DNA of 32,000 nucleotides from Raphidiopsis brookii D9. GTDB taxonomy: Bacteria > Cyanobacteriota > Cyanobacteriia > Cyanobacteriales > Nostocaceae. A program made the translations under genes and the position numbers. The notes under the pieces are model-generated. The model was not told the DNA's origin and searched no databases. It saw only the letters and a program-made list of their open reading frames with translations. Each line of letters begins with the position of its first letter. Positions within the stretch are counted from its first letter, which is position 1. The stretch covers positions 100,451 through 132,450 of the forward strand of contig ACYB01000037.1 in NCBI GenBank assembly GCA_000175855.1. The letters are read 5' to 3'. Positions 1 to 9,770 of this stretch are shown piece after piece.

Positions 1-573
1 TTCTAGTTTTTCTGACAAGCTCTGATTACGCCAAATATTAATATGTGCTAAATCAACTACGATTTTTATCTCAGGTAGATCTTCACAAAATTCGGTCAAC
101 TCCCAACTGTTATCCAACAGATAATAATTCCAACTATTAGGAGGTGTGGGATACATGGTTTCTACTCCCAGGACAATTCCCCGCTTCTCACAGATTTGCT
201 GTAAATGTTGAACATTTTCTTTAAACTGATTATAGGCTTTTTCTCTCTCTTGACCTCTATGAAAATCTCCTCCATGAACAGAATAGGCTGTTACTTTTAA
301 ATCTCCTAACCAGTCTATCATGCACTCAAAATACCTCCATTCCTGGGGTTCTGCTAGGTTGAAGCTTTTATGAGTTTCTCCCCAAACAAAGGCGTGATGA
401 GCTCTATAAGTCATGCCTTTTTGCTGAAATTCTTTAATCGCTTTCACTGCATCCCGATCACAACGCGGACCAATTGCTAGTTCTACCTGCTTGATTCCTA
501 ATCCCCAGAACATGGTCAAAATTTGACGAGTTGATACTCCACCATAGGCAGAGGTGCTAAAGTATAATTCCAT
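1..573 (-). CDS. Sugar phosphate isomerase/epimerase-like TIM-barrel protein, partial (runs off the left edge)
   Basis: My reverse-strand translation from ATG at 573 is open for 191 codons to the window edge: MELYFSTSAYGGVSTRQILTMFWGLGIKQVELAIGPRCD...YSVHGGDFHRG...GVETMYPTPP...KIVVDLAHINIW. HGG/GVET/DLAH motifs fit the AP-endonuclease-2-like barrel. Confidence 0.7.
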   Translation of the reverse strand, partial: MELYFSTSAYGGVSTRQILTMFWGLGIKQVELAIGPRCDRDAVKAIKEFQQKGMTYRAHHAFVWGETHKSFNLAEPQEWRYFECMIDWLGDLKVTAYSVHGGDFHRGQEREKAYNQFKENVQHLQQICEKRGIVLGVETMYPTPPNSWNYYLLDNSWELTEFCEDLPEIKIVVDLAHINIWRNQSLSEKLE

Positions 574-606
574 TTGTTTCCTAATAAATTCTATTTATTA
601 AATTGT

Positions 607-839
607 ATTCAAACACTGACACTGTGGGTTTTAACTTAAAAAGTTTGGACACATAAAAAACTAATATGCCCATCTCTCCCCCTAGCTGGTCTATTTCTTA
701 TTCTGAGTGATTCATACTTCTTAATAGGTCCTTGATGGGAGATAAAATGTAGTAGGCAATTTGCTTGAGGACGAAATTGATTAGCATGTCTTTCAACTAA
801 TACTTTATATTTGAACAATATGTCATCTATACTAGTCAT
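607..839 (-). pseudogene. Internally deleted remnant paralog of the 891..1625 gene
   Basis: N-terminus MTSIDDILFKYKVLVERHANQ matches MTNIDSLLSSYQALSEEHAKQ of 891..1625. The C-terminal part (EIDQLGGEMGILV) matches EIQQLGREIAILV. Near-identical trailing DNA: attcaaacactgacactgtgggtttta (607..633) and attcaaatactgacactgtgggtttta (959..985). Confidence 0.7.
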
Positions 840-890
840 AACTTCGCTTGTGTGGACATAGTTAAAAAATGGTAACCGTCAATCTATGGC

Positions 891-1625
891 TTAACAATCA
901 TCAGATATCTTGGGAGGTGCAAACCAGGATAAGTATTTTTCCGGAATTAATGAATTATATTCAAATACTGACACTGTGGGTTTTAGTGTAAATAAACTGA
1001 TTGAATATACTACCAGTATGGCAATCTCCCGACCTAGCTGTTGAATTTCTTCCTCTTTTTCAGTAATACTTTCCAAGATGCTCTCAAAATCCCATTCTTC
1101 GCATTCTTGTATGATTTCTGCTAAAGAACATTCTTCGATATACTGATCATCGTAGGGAGTGTGGTTTATTAATAAAGGACTTTTTTCCCCTTCTATCTCT
1201 AATGAGACTACATGCTCATATCCGGTATAAAATTTTTCATCATCATAAGCATTCGTACACTCTATAACCTTGTAATCCATTAAACCTATGGACAACTTAA
1301 AGGTTGCCAACATCCAATTACTTGGCTGTGTTCTAATTATATCTATATAATCCATTTCCCAACTATATTTTCTGTGATCCAGTTTGCCTAGAAACTTTTG
1401 AAATCCCTCTGTAAATAATATGCATCCAGCATCAGTCCGTAAAGTATCAACTATCCTATTTAACGCGACACACTGGTCCTCTAGTAAATGATCGAACGCA
1501 TCATAAATTTCCTTTACTCGCTCATCTAAAATTTGGCGTATAGTTACAAATTGGTGTTCAGTCTGTTTAGCATGTTCTTCTGATAATGCTTGATAACTAG
1601 ATAATAGTGAATCAATATTTGTCAT
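891..1625 (-). CDS. Hypothetical protein (244 aa)
   Basis: Long ORF with an ATG start and a paralogous remnant next to it. No family recognised. Confidence 0.7.
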   Translation of the reverse strand: MTNIDSLLSSYQALSEEHAKQTEHQFVTIRQILDERVKEIYDAFDHLLEDQCVALNRIVDTLRTDAGCILFTEGFQKFLGKLDHRKYSWEMDYIDIIRTQPSNWMLATFKLSIGLMDYKVIECTNAYDDEKFYTGYEHVVSLEIEGEKSPLLINHTPYDDQYIEECSLAEIIQECEEWDFESILESITEKEEEIQQLGREIAILVVYSISLFTLKPTVSVFEYNSLIPEKYLSWFAPPKISDDC

Positions 1626-1834
1626 AATTTGCCTCCTACTTAATTGATCAACACAGTGAACTGGGTAACCAATTCCACCTTAAAGCTGGAAGGTTCCACC
1701 TTTTATTAGTATATTTGTTCTACAAAAAATTGGCAACCACCTAATGTTAAGAATTATTAACAGGGGAAACAATGAGGATTGGGAATATGGAAAGAGCCAA
1801 TTCGTGATATTGTGTAGTCAGTTGTAAATGCTTA

Positions 1835-2107
1835 GTGAATATGCCTTGGTTTGTCAAAATAGAAGCAGGACTAGTGGATAAAGCCACCTTTGATCAGTAT
1901 GTCCCAGCTCATAAAGAATACGTAAAAGAACTAATAGACAAAGGACATAAAGCTAAAACTGGTTATTGGGCGAGAAAAGGTGGAGGAATGATGTTATTTG
2001 AGGCAGATTCTATGGAAGAAGCCCAGGCAATTGTTAGTGCTGATCCCTTGGTAATTAACGGTTGTGTGAGTTATGAACTACACGAGTGGAAAATTGTTTT
2101 AGAATAG
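1835..2107 (+). CDS. YciI-like (YCII domain) family protein
   Basis: 90 aa; MPWFVKIEAGLVDKATFDQYVPAHKEYVKELIDKGHKAKTGYWARKGGGMMLFEADSMEEAQAIVSADPLVINGCVSYELHEW has the YCII-like fold pattern. Confidence 0.75.
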   Translation: MNMPWFVKIEAGLVDKATFDQYVPAHKEYVKELIDKGHKAKTGYWARKGGGMMLFEADSMEEAQAIVSADPLVINGCVSYELHEWKIVLE

Positions 2108-2145
2108 TTGACCATTTTAGAAATTTTGTGTTATTATAAATTCAG

Positions 2146-2243
2146 ACCTGGATCTATGCGATCTCAACGCCTAAACCTTGTCAGGACCGGAAGGTAGCAG
2201 CAATACGGGATGCTTGTGGTAGGCGTAGTCTCCGGGTTCCCCC
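2146..2243 (+). ncRNA. ffs: Small bacterial signal recognition particle RNA (4.5S type)
   Basis: Hallmark apical loop GTCAGGACCGGAAGGTAGCAGC; flanking complementary ends acctgga...tccgggt. Exact ends estimated. Confidence 0.93.
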
Positions 2244-2266
2244 ATTTTTAGGAGTGCTTTACGGCA

Positions 2267-2569
2267 ATGCCCGCTTTTGGAAAACTTGTAGAAAAAGCTT
2301 TTTACCTAGGTGTAGGTCTAGCAGCTTATGCCAGCGAAAGAGGTGGTGAAACCCTTAACCAAATGCGATCGCAAATTGAAAAATTAGCGGAGGAAATGGA
2401 AGCGAAGGGACAAATGACCACAGAGGAAGCTCGTCGTTTTGTAGAGGAGATGATCCAACAGGCTCAGCAGTCCCAGGGTACAGCACCGGACTCAGATAAA
2501 ACTACCCCTGCAGAACCTCGTTTGATAGAAATAGTGGATGTGGAAGAGGTGGAAGAGAAAGACAAGTGA
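2267..2569 (+). CDS. Phasin-like small helical protein
   Basis: 100 aa; FGKLVEKAFYLGVGLAAYASERGGETLNQMRSQIEKLAEEMEAKGQMTTEEARRFVEEMIQQ resembles the phasin/PHA granule-associated family. Confidence 0.55.
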   Translation: MPAFGKLVEKAFYLGVGLAAYASERGGETLNQMRSQIEKLAEEMEAKGQMTTEEARRFVEEMIQQAQQSQGTAPDSDKTTPAEPRLIEIVDVEEVEEKDK

Positions 2570-2610
2570 TAATAAAAATGCAATTTGTTTTAGCTATTGC
2601 ATAAAAATCT

Positions 2611-3000
2611 ATGACATCGTGGCAAGAAGAATTACTTGATATTGTTGTAACCGTATCTGCTGAAGCAGAAAAGCTATTCGAAGAAATCGATGAGATGGTA
2701 GATGCTCTTTTCGATTTAACCGAAGAAATTGGTGAACAGGTTGGGAGAGACCTGGTATCAGGTGCGGGTGTGTGTTTAAGTGAGTTATTAGACCCACTAG
2801 TGGATTTCTGTTCGGAGCTGGAGGTCATAGGATTAGAGGATCCTAGCTTTCCATATAGGGTAGAAGCTGGGTCACTGAGAAATCCTGCATGCGTGGGTTG
2901 TAGTAACTATCACGGAGAAGTATATGGTGGAAACTTACTAGTTTGCGCCATGCACCCTTATGGTTGGGATGGGGAAAAATGTCCCGACTGGGGGGAATAG
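2611..3000 (+). CDS. Conserved hypothetical protein with Cys-containing C-terminus
   Basis: 129 aa ORF with acidic helical N-terminus and NPACVGCSNYHGEVYGGNLLVCAMHPYGWDGEKCPDWGE C-terminus. Confidence 0.75.
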   Translation: MTSWQEELLDIVVTVSAEAEKLFEEIDEMVDALFDLTEEIGEQVGRDLVSGAGVCLSELLDPLVDFCSELEVIGLEDPSFPYRVEAGSLRNPACVGCSNYHGEVYGGNLLVCAMHPYGWDGEKCPDWGE

Positions 3001-3062
3001 AAATTTTTTTGTGTGATATGTGATAATAGATAATATATGCTTTTTAGTGAGTCCCAATAATT

Positions 3063-3491
3063 ATGAGTCATTCCGTTAGTAACATTCTACCAAGTGAAAA
3101 CCCCGTTAAAGAAGTGAAATATGGTGAGCGAGAAATCGAAGAAGGCAAACTAATTACCTTTCCCAATCCTCGCGTAGGTAGGGAATACACAATTGATATT
3201 ACCTTACCTGAATTCACCTGTAAATGTCCTTTTTCAGGTTATCCTGACTTTGCCACAATTCATATTATTTACATACCAGATCAAAGAGTAGTAGAGTTAA
3301 AAGCCTTAAAGTTATATATTAACAGCTACCGGGACAAATACATTTCCCACGAAGAAGTGGCCAATCAAGTACTAGATGATATGGTTGTTGCCTGTGCCCC
3401 ATTAGAAATGACTGTAAAAGCTGATTTTAGTCCTCGTGGTAACGTACATATGGTAGTAGAAGTAAAGCATAAAAAGGGAGTAGCATTATAA
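3063..3491 (+). CDS. queF: NADPH-dependent 7-cyano-7-deazaguanine reductase (preQ1 synthase)
   Basis: EFTCKCPFSGYPDFATIHIIYIPDQRVVELKALKLYINSYRDKYISHEEVANQVLDD with the QueF catalytic Cys and specificity motifs. Confidence 0.93.
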   Translation: MSHSVSNILPSENPVKEVKYGEREIEEGKLITFPNPRVGREYTIDITLPEFTCKCPFSGYPDFATIHIIYIPDQRVVELKALKLYINSYRDKYISHEEVANQVLDDMVVACAPLEMTVKADFSPRGNVHMVVEVKHKKGVAL

Positions 3492-3693
3492 TCCTCATAC
3501 CAATCTTATGCTGCATTAGGTTCCTGGACAGAGACGGAGATGTTCTGGTATCTGATTGCGATCGCCATGTCGTAGCAGATATTATAAGTTTAAGTTGAGT
3601 GCCATAGTGTCCAATAGATGAAGATAAAGCGGTTTGTACAAAACCAGATTATCATTGGTGAAAGTAGCGAACTGCTTGAGGTGAACCAGGATC

Positions 3694-5238
3694 ATGAATA
3701 TTACAGATCTCTCAAGTCCACACGTCTTATTAGATAGCTTGCTCAACCTCCGACAAGCAGTAGAAAGAGATGGGAAAACTATTTTTGACCAATGGCGATC
3801 GCACATCCAGCGTTCCCAATTTCTCCCTAGCGCCCTCAACTTAGCCCAGTATTTAGCCTTGCGGAGACATGACCTGCGTCCTTTGCAAGCTGCCCTTATG
3901 CCTTGGGGCTTGTCTTCTTTGGGTCGTATAGAAGCAAGAGTAATGGCCAATTTAGATGCGGTTATTGCTACTCTAGCATTAATTTGCGAAGTTCCCATTC
4001 CCACATCTGTTACCCGTCCTGTTATCACATCTTTTTTTGAGGGAGAGAATAGGTTAAGGGAACAGACAGAGTGCTTATTTGGTCCAGCTTTACCCCATCG
4101 TCGGGTGCGAATTATGGTCACCTTACCCACAGAAGCTGCTAGTGAATATGAAATGGTGCGGGAGATAATTGAGCGAGGTGCAACTTGTTTAAGAATAAAC
4201 TGTGCTCATGACAATCCTAGTATTTGGGAAAAGATGATTCAGAACATTCGTCAAGCTGAACAAGAACTTTCATGTCAATGTACAGTGATGATGGATTTAG
4301 GTGGTCCCAAAATTCGCACCGAAATGGTTTTATCCCCTGTAGGTAAAAATCGTGTCTTCCGAGGAGATTTAATTGTTTTGTGTCGTAGTTTGTCTAACCA
4401 AGCGATCGCAGATCCTATAGATAATATTCAGATTAGTTGTACAGTACCAGAAATTCTGGACTTACTAAAAGTGGGCACCTTAGTTTATATTGACGATGGT
4501 AAATTACGTACTCGGGTGGTTGATCAAGATTATCCTTTACCAGATGGTGGTTCTGGGTTTTTATTGGAGGTGACCCATGCTAAACCCAAGGGGGTGAAGC
4601 TGTCTCCGGAAAAGGGACTAAATTTTCCCAACATAGTATTACCCCTAATTCCACTGACACCAAAGGATCTAACTGATTTAGACTTCCTAGCTACCCATGC
4701 GGATATTATTGGCTATTCCTTTGTCCAACAAACAACAGATATCCAACTATTACAAAGCGAACTAGCACGACGATGTTTACACGGGGAACATCCAGCGATT
4801 ATTGCCAAGATTGAAACCGCTGTAGCAGTTACTAACTTACCTGAACTAATTGTTCATGCAGCGGGGAAACACCCCTTTGGAGTAATGATTGCTAGGGGAG
4901 ATCTAGCGGTAGAAATTGGCTATCAAAGATTAGCAGAGATCCAAGAAGAAATTCTCTGGTTGTGTGAAGCTGCGCACGTTCCAGTGATTTGGGCAACTCA
5001 GGTATTAGAGAGTTTAGTCAAGGAAGGTGCTCCATCGCGCGGGGAAATGACAGATGCAGCTATGGCCGAGAGAGCTGAATGTGTTATGTTGAACAAGGGA
5101 CCATTTATTACCCAAGCTGTCACCATCTTAGATGATGTGCTGACTAGGATGGAAGCTCATCAATTAAAGAAAACCCCCAATTGCGGGCCCTGCGTTCCTG
5201 GGAGAACTTTTCTGCTTCGGGGGGCGACATTTAATTGA
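3694..5238 (+). CDS. Pyruvate kinase-like protein, barrel region without canonical C-terminal domain
   Basis: RVRIMVTLPTEAASEYEMVREIIERGATCLRINCAHD, TVMMDLGGPKIRTE, DIIGYSFVQQ, IIAKIETAVAVTNLPELI, GVMIARGDLAVEIGY, PVIWATQVLESLVKEGAPSRGEMTDAAMAERAECVMLNKGP are pyruvate-kinase motifs. Confidence 0.85.
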   Translation: MNITDLSSPHVLLDSLLNLRQAVERDGKTIFDQWRSHIQRSQFLPSALNLAQYLALRRHDLRPLQAALMPWGLSSLGRIEARVMANLDAVIATLALICEVPIPTSVTRPVITSFFEGENRLREQTECLFGPALPHRRVRIMVTLPTEAASEYEMVREIIERGATCLRINCAHDNPSIWEKMIQNIRQAEQELSCQCTVMMDLGGPKIRTEMVLSPVGKNRVFRGDLIVLCRSLSNQAIADPIDNIQISCTVPEILDLLKVGTLVYIDDGKLRTRVVDQDYPLPDGGSGFLLEVTHAKPKGVKLSPEKGLNFPNIVLPLIPLTPKDLTDLDFLATHADIIGYSFVQQTTDIQLLQSELARRCLHGEHPAIIAKIETAVAVTNLPELIVHAAGKHPFGVMIARGDLAVEIGYQRLAEIQEEILWLCEAAHVPVIWATQVLESLVKEGAPSRGEMTDAAMAERAECVMLNKGPFITQAVTILDDVLTRMEAHQLKKTPNCGPCVPGRTFLLRGATFN

Positions 5239-5691
5239 TATGAAATAGGTCGTGTCTGCTTTCGTTCCTAGGAGCTGTTAACAGCTTGAGACTTGACGCT
5301 TAAATATTGGCGCACCCAGTTAGTAACATATTTGTCCATAAATGGGTGTAACCTTTTTATCCCTTCATAAGCTCTTAATCCAACTATTGCTAACCATTAG
5401 ATAATCAGCGATCATGAAGGCTTGATCCTGTTTATCTGCTCTTAATTTAGCTGTTAATTCTCGGTTATTTATCATGCATCGGAGGTAAAAAAAAACCAGG
5501 TTTTATCACTCTTTAGATATAGTTTAGATATCTATTGTGCATAGCTAATCTAATATACTGATCATTGATTTAATAATTGACTGTTCTCAATCAATTTATA
5601 TATAAAAAATTACAAAAATATACAGATAAAACCAGCCAAAATAGTCTTATCCAGGATATATATTAACTAGTATATATTAGGGAGAAAAAAT

Positions 5692-7290
5692 ATGACTGGG
5701 AAAGAGATATTACCAGAAATTGAACAATTTCGTATTTTACAATCAACCCTAGGGGAGCGCTGGAAACCCAGTGAGATATTTGACAATAGTGAGACTGATA
5801 TTTTAATTATTCCTTCCTTGAGTATTGATCAGCGAGAACTAGAAAAAGTTCCGGGTTGTGAGCATTATGAGGAAAGATTACTATTTTCTCTCATTCGTTT
5901 GCGCAACCCCCGAAATAGATTAATTTATGTCACATCCATGCCCATACATCCTAGCATTATTGACTATTATTTACAATTGCTACCGGGAATTCCGTTTTCC
6001 CATGCTCGCCATCGTCTATTAATGCTTTCTACCTACGATTCTTCTTTAAAACCGCTCAGTCAAAAAATCTTAGAACGCCCCCGATTAATAGAGAGAATAC
6101 GCCAAGCATTACAGATAGATAAAGCTTTTATAAGTTGTTACAACTCAACATTTTGGGAAGCAGAATTATCCCTAAAATTGAATATACCTCTGTATGCTGC
6201 TGCGCCAGATTTACAAATTTGGGGAACAAAAAGTGGTAGTCGAGAAATTTTTGCTCAAACTGGTGTACATCATCCAGATGGTAGTAAGTTGGTCTGGAAT
6301 GCAAAAGAGCTGGCCAGGGAAGTGGCTAAGTTGTGGGAACGTCAACCACATCTAAAAAAAATAGTTGTCAAACTAAATCAGGGTATATCTGGAAAGGGAA
6401 ATGCCATCTTAAATTTGCTTCCTTTAACAGATTTTGCTCCCGGTAAAACCAACCATGTTAAAAGAGCAGAGTCCATTGAAAAAAGCTTTGTGAATCTACG
6501 TTTTCAAGCCCAACAAGAAAATTGGATAAACTTCTCTCAACTCATTTTAGAAATGGGAGCGATCGCCGAATCATTTATAGAAGGTGAAATCAAATATTCC
6601 CCCAGTGTACAGGGAAGAATTACCCCCGATGGGACGGTAGAAATACTTTCCACCCACGATCAAATTCTCGGTGGTCCGGATGGACAAATTTATCTAGGGT
6701 GTCGGTTTCCAGCCAATGAGAATTATAGAGTAGAATTACAAGATATTGGTTTAGCTGTAGGCAAAAAACTGTCAGAAAAAGGAGCATTGGAAAGATTTGG
6801 TGTGGATTTTGTAGTAGTGGATAAAGGTAATGGCCAATGGGATATCCAAGCTATTGAAATTAATTTACGTAAAGGCGGTACTACTCACCCTTTTATGACT
6901 TTAAAGTTATTAACCAATGGAAGCTATGATTTATCCACCGGGTTATTTTACAGTCAACAAGGAAAACCTAAATATTATGTTGCTACGGACAATTTACAAA
7001 AAGACTCCTACCGTGGGCTATTACCCAGTGACTTAATGGATATTATTGCCCATCACCGATTACATTTTGACAGCGGAACAGAAACGGGAACTGTATTTCA
7101 TCTCATGGGTTGTATTTCTCAGTTTGGCAAACTAGGTTTAACTAGTATTGGCAATTCCCCTGAACAAGCAGAAGAAATTCATAATCGGGTTATTCATGTG
7201 CTTGACCAAGAAACCAATAATCAAATTAATCATTACTCCCTATTCTCTAACTATGCTTTTCCCATAGTTGAGGATACTTTTGGTTATTAA
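5692..7290 (+). CDS. PGM1-related peptide ligase / ATP-grasp-like carboxylate-amine ligase
   Basis: VVKLNQGISGKGNAILNL, GERNVDF-like GALERFGVDFVVV, IEINLRKGGTTHPFMTLKLL match ATP-grasp-type motifs of the PGM1-like family. Confidence 0.65.
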   Translation: MTGKEILPEIEQFRILQSTLGERWKPSEIFDNSETDILIIPSLSIDQRELEKVPGCEHYEERLLFSLIRLRNPRNRLIYVTSMPIHPSIIDYYLQLLPGIPFSHARHRLLMLSTYDSSLKPLSQKILERPRLIERIRQALQIDKAFISCYNSTFWEAELSLKLNIPLYAAAPDLQIWGTKSGSREIFAQTGVHHPDGSKLVWNAKELAREVAKLWERQPHLKKIVVKLNQGISGKGNAILNLLPLTDFAPGKTNHVKRAESIEKSFVNLRFQAQQENWINFSQLILEMGAIAESFIEGEIKYSPSVQGRITPDGTVEILSTHDQILGGPDGQIYLGCRFPANENYRVELQDIGLAVGKKLSEKGALERFGVDFVVVDKGNGQWDIQAIEINLRKGGTTHPFMTLKLLTNGSYDLSTGLFYSQQGKPKYYVATDNLQKDSYRGLLPSDLMDIIAHHRLHFDSGTETGTVFHLMGCISQFGKLGLTSIGNSPEQAEEIHNRVIHVLDQETNNQINHYSLFSNYAFPIVEDTFGY

Positions 7291-7556
7291 TAACTGTTCT
7301 CCTTATAATATCTGATTTCATCAGATTCCGTTGCTCGCCATAACAGAGCATTATCATTTATTAATATACATTTGTCTAGTAAAGCAATGATGAGAGATCA
7401 CATGACCTCTATGTCGTTTGATTACATAATAATCGGAATAAATAAGAATAATATGATATGTCTCAACTCTTGCCTTTTGACGATGATTCTGTTATGATTA
7501 ACACTTAGTTGCCACAAAAAGCGAAAGTTGGCCTTCCCTAGTTGAGTTAAGATAAC

Positions 7557-8531
7557 ATGAAAAAATTTTTTTGCTCGGACTACTCACGAAAAATAGGAGA
7601 AGAAATAATTGGTAGTGCAACCAACTACCAAACTTATGTTTTAGTGGAATGTCCACCTCCTTGGATATCGGAAGCATTTGGCTCCAAATGGGTGCCTAGT
7701 AACCTGCAATTGCTACACGGGGAGTTAAAAAGTAAGAAAATACCAATTAGATTGTTATTGATTGCCAAGGAAGATTCCCATAAAAATCAAGAAACCACAC
7801 TGCTGATCTATCATAAACCCCAGGGTTTAACAAAAAGTTATATTAAGCGAGAATTTAAGTTGCCAAATATTGATTTAGCAGAGGGCGAAATAAGAAAATG
7901 GTTGGCAGGTAAAAATAGTAATTACGAAACACAAAATAAATTTACTAGGGATATTCTTATTTGTACCCATGGCGGTCATGATCAATGTTGTGCTAGGTAT
8001 GGCAACCCCTTTTATTTTCACGCCCAGAAGACAATTGTGGAGTTGCAATTAGAGGAAGTGAGAATTTGGAGATCTAGTCATATTGGTGGACATCGTTTCG
8101 CCCCCACAGCTATAGATTTACCGGAAGCTAGATACTATGGACTATTGGATCAACACTCCTTACAAGCGATTTTATGTCGTGCTGGAGACATTAAAATTCT
8201 AGATAGGGTTTATCGTGGGTGGGGTGTTTTACCACCAGCATTGCAGGTTTTAGAGAGGGAAATAATTTACAATCAGGGATGGGATTGGTTTAATAACAAG
8301 GCATCAGGAAGAGTGTTAGAGCAAAGCATGGACAATAATACAATATTAGCAGAGCTAAGTTATGAAAATTCTTCTGGTTGTTTATATACTCTTCAAGCCA
8401 AACTTATCAAAGATACGGTCAAAACCCAAATCTTAAAGACTTCTTGTCATGCAACAGAACAATCACTAGTTGTTAAATATGCTATTGATAACCTGTATGC
8501 TGAATCCACAGCGGTTGTATCTGTAACCTAA
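7557..8531 (+). CDS. Sucrase/ferredoxin-like family protein
   Basis: ILICTHGGHDQCCARYGNPFYFHAQ...VRIWRSSHIGGHRFAPTAIDLPEARYYG is the family signature. Confidence 0.85.
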   Translation: MKKFFCSDYSRKIGEEIIGSATNYQTYVLVECPPPWISEAFGSKWVPSNLQLLHGELKSKKIPIRLLLIAKEDSHKNQETTLLIYHKPQGLTKSYIKREFKLPNIDLAEGEIRKWLAGKNSNYETQNKFTRDILICTHGGHDQCCARYGNPFYFHAQKTIVELQLEEVRIWRSSHIGGHRFAPTAIDLPEARYYGLLDQHSLQAILCRAGDIKILDRVYRGWGVLPPALQVLEREIIYNQGWDWFNNKASGRVLEQSMDNNTILAELSYENSSGCLYTLQAKLIKDTVKTQILKTSCHATEQSLVVKYAIDNLYAESTAVVSVT

Positions 8532-8542
8532 TTCAGAATGCT

Positions 8543-8938
8543 ATGTTACAAAACCTTACTCTCCGTCAATTATTAGCCATTGGTTTAGGTGCGATCGCCG
8601 GTGCTTTAGTTCGTTACTACTTAACGTTTTGGTTCACGTTGAACCTGGGGACAAGTTTTCCTTATGGGACATTTTTTATTAATCTTACTGGTTGCGTAGC
8701 AATGGGGTTTTTTACCGGTTGGATGGGACAAAAAACCATAATTTCACAGGAAGTAAGGTTAATGATTTCTACAGGATTCTTAGGCGCATATACAACTTTT
8801 TCTACATATAGTTTAGAGTCCTTAGCCTTGATTCAGGGGGGATATTTTTTCAAGGCTATTTTTTATTGGTTAGGTAGCGCAGTTTTAGGAGTTACTGGTT
8901 TATACTTGGGTGTGGTGTTTGCTCGTTATTTATTGTAG
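8543..8938 (+). CDS. crcB: Fluoride efflux transporter CrcB
   Basis: GAIAGALVRYYLTFWFTLNLGTSFPYGTFFINLTGCVAMGFFTG...GFLGAYTTFSTYSLESLAL, typical CrcB/Fluc motifs. Confidence 0.93.
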   Translation: MLQNLTLRQLLAIGLGAIAGALVRYYLTFWFTLNLGTSFPYGTFFINLTGCVAMGFFTGWMGQKTIISQEVRLMISTGFLGAYTTFSTYSLESLALIQGGYFFKAIFYWLGSAVLGVTGLYLGVVFARYLL

Positions 8939-9008
8939 TTTTAAATCAAATTTACCGTATTTAGTGGAGACATTAATAATATAAATAATACAAATAATAT
9001 AAATCATC

Positions 9009-9656
9009 ATGAGCGAACTGGAGCGTTATTACAGACTATTAGATTTAGAGCCTGGTGCAACAATGGAAGAGATTAACCAAGCTTACAAAGATTTAGTTTT
9101 TGTTTGGCATCCCGATCGCCTACCTAAGGATAATCACCGCTTACAGAAAAAAGCCCATGATAAGATCAAAGCGTTAAATCAAGCACGGGAAAAATTACGT
9201 TCCTTTCAAGACCAGTCTCAACCTGGACATAATTCTGAGCCATCTACATCTAAAAAGTCCCCTTACCGACCAAATCAACCGCCTCCCCAAAATCCGGATC
9301 TAAGTGGTAGAGATTTTAGCCATGCCAACCTCAGCAATAAGGATCTATCAGGTAGAAATCTTAGTTATGCTAATTTAAGTGGATCCAATCTTAGTGATAC
9401 TTTTATGCACAAAGTTAATCTTAGAGGTGCAAATCTATCAGGAGCTAATTTATTTCGAGCTAACTTACTATTAGCAGATTTAAGAGAGGCAAACTTACGT
9501 TCAGCCAATTTAATAGGTGCAGATCTCAGCGGTGCAGATCTGCGAGGTGCTGACCTAACTGGTGCTAGAATGCGCTCAGGGGAGCGTCTCCTGGTCAAGC
9601 TAGTGGGCGCAAACCTTACAGGGGCCATTATGCCTGATGGTGCAATTTATGGTTAA
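9009..9656 (+). CDS. DnaJ-domain protein with C-terminal pentapeptide repeats
   Basis: J-domain with HPDRLPKDN (HPD motif), then A(D/N)LSG/L-type pentapeptides (ANLSGANLFRANLLLADLREANLRSANLIGADLSGADLRGADLTGA). Confidence 0.92.
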   Translation: MSELERYYRLLDLEPGATMEEINQAYKDLVFVWHPDRLPKDNHRLQKKAHDKIKALNQAREKLRSFQDQSQPGHNSEPSTSKKSPYRPNQPPPQNPDLSGRDFSHANLSNKDLSGRNLSYANLSGSNLSDTFMHKVNLRGANLSGANLFRANLLLADLREANLRSANLIGADLSGADLRGADLTGARMRSGERLLVKLVGANLTGAIMPDGAIYG

Positions 9657-9770
9657 AAAAGTCTCAACCCTAAAAGAAGTAGCAGATGCAATACCTGGGT
9701 TTCTAACCAAAAACCCCGGGATGCGGGTTATCAATTTATTCATCCCCATATTGTTTTATAAAACACGACT

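Noticed and set aside
2502-2828. Minus-strand ORFs at 2502..2828 and 2609..2797
   Set aside because: Antisense shadows of the phasin-like and hypothetical genes.
3582-4130. 182-aa minus-strand ORF
   Set aside because: Antisense to the pyruvate-kinase-like gene, low-complexity basic composition, no recognisable family.
9365-9628. Repetitive Ala/Pro/Arg/Ser minus ORF
   Set aside because: Antisense reflection of the pentapeptide-repeat codons.
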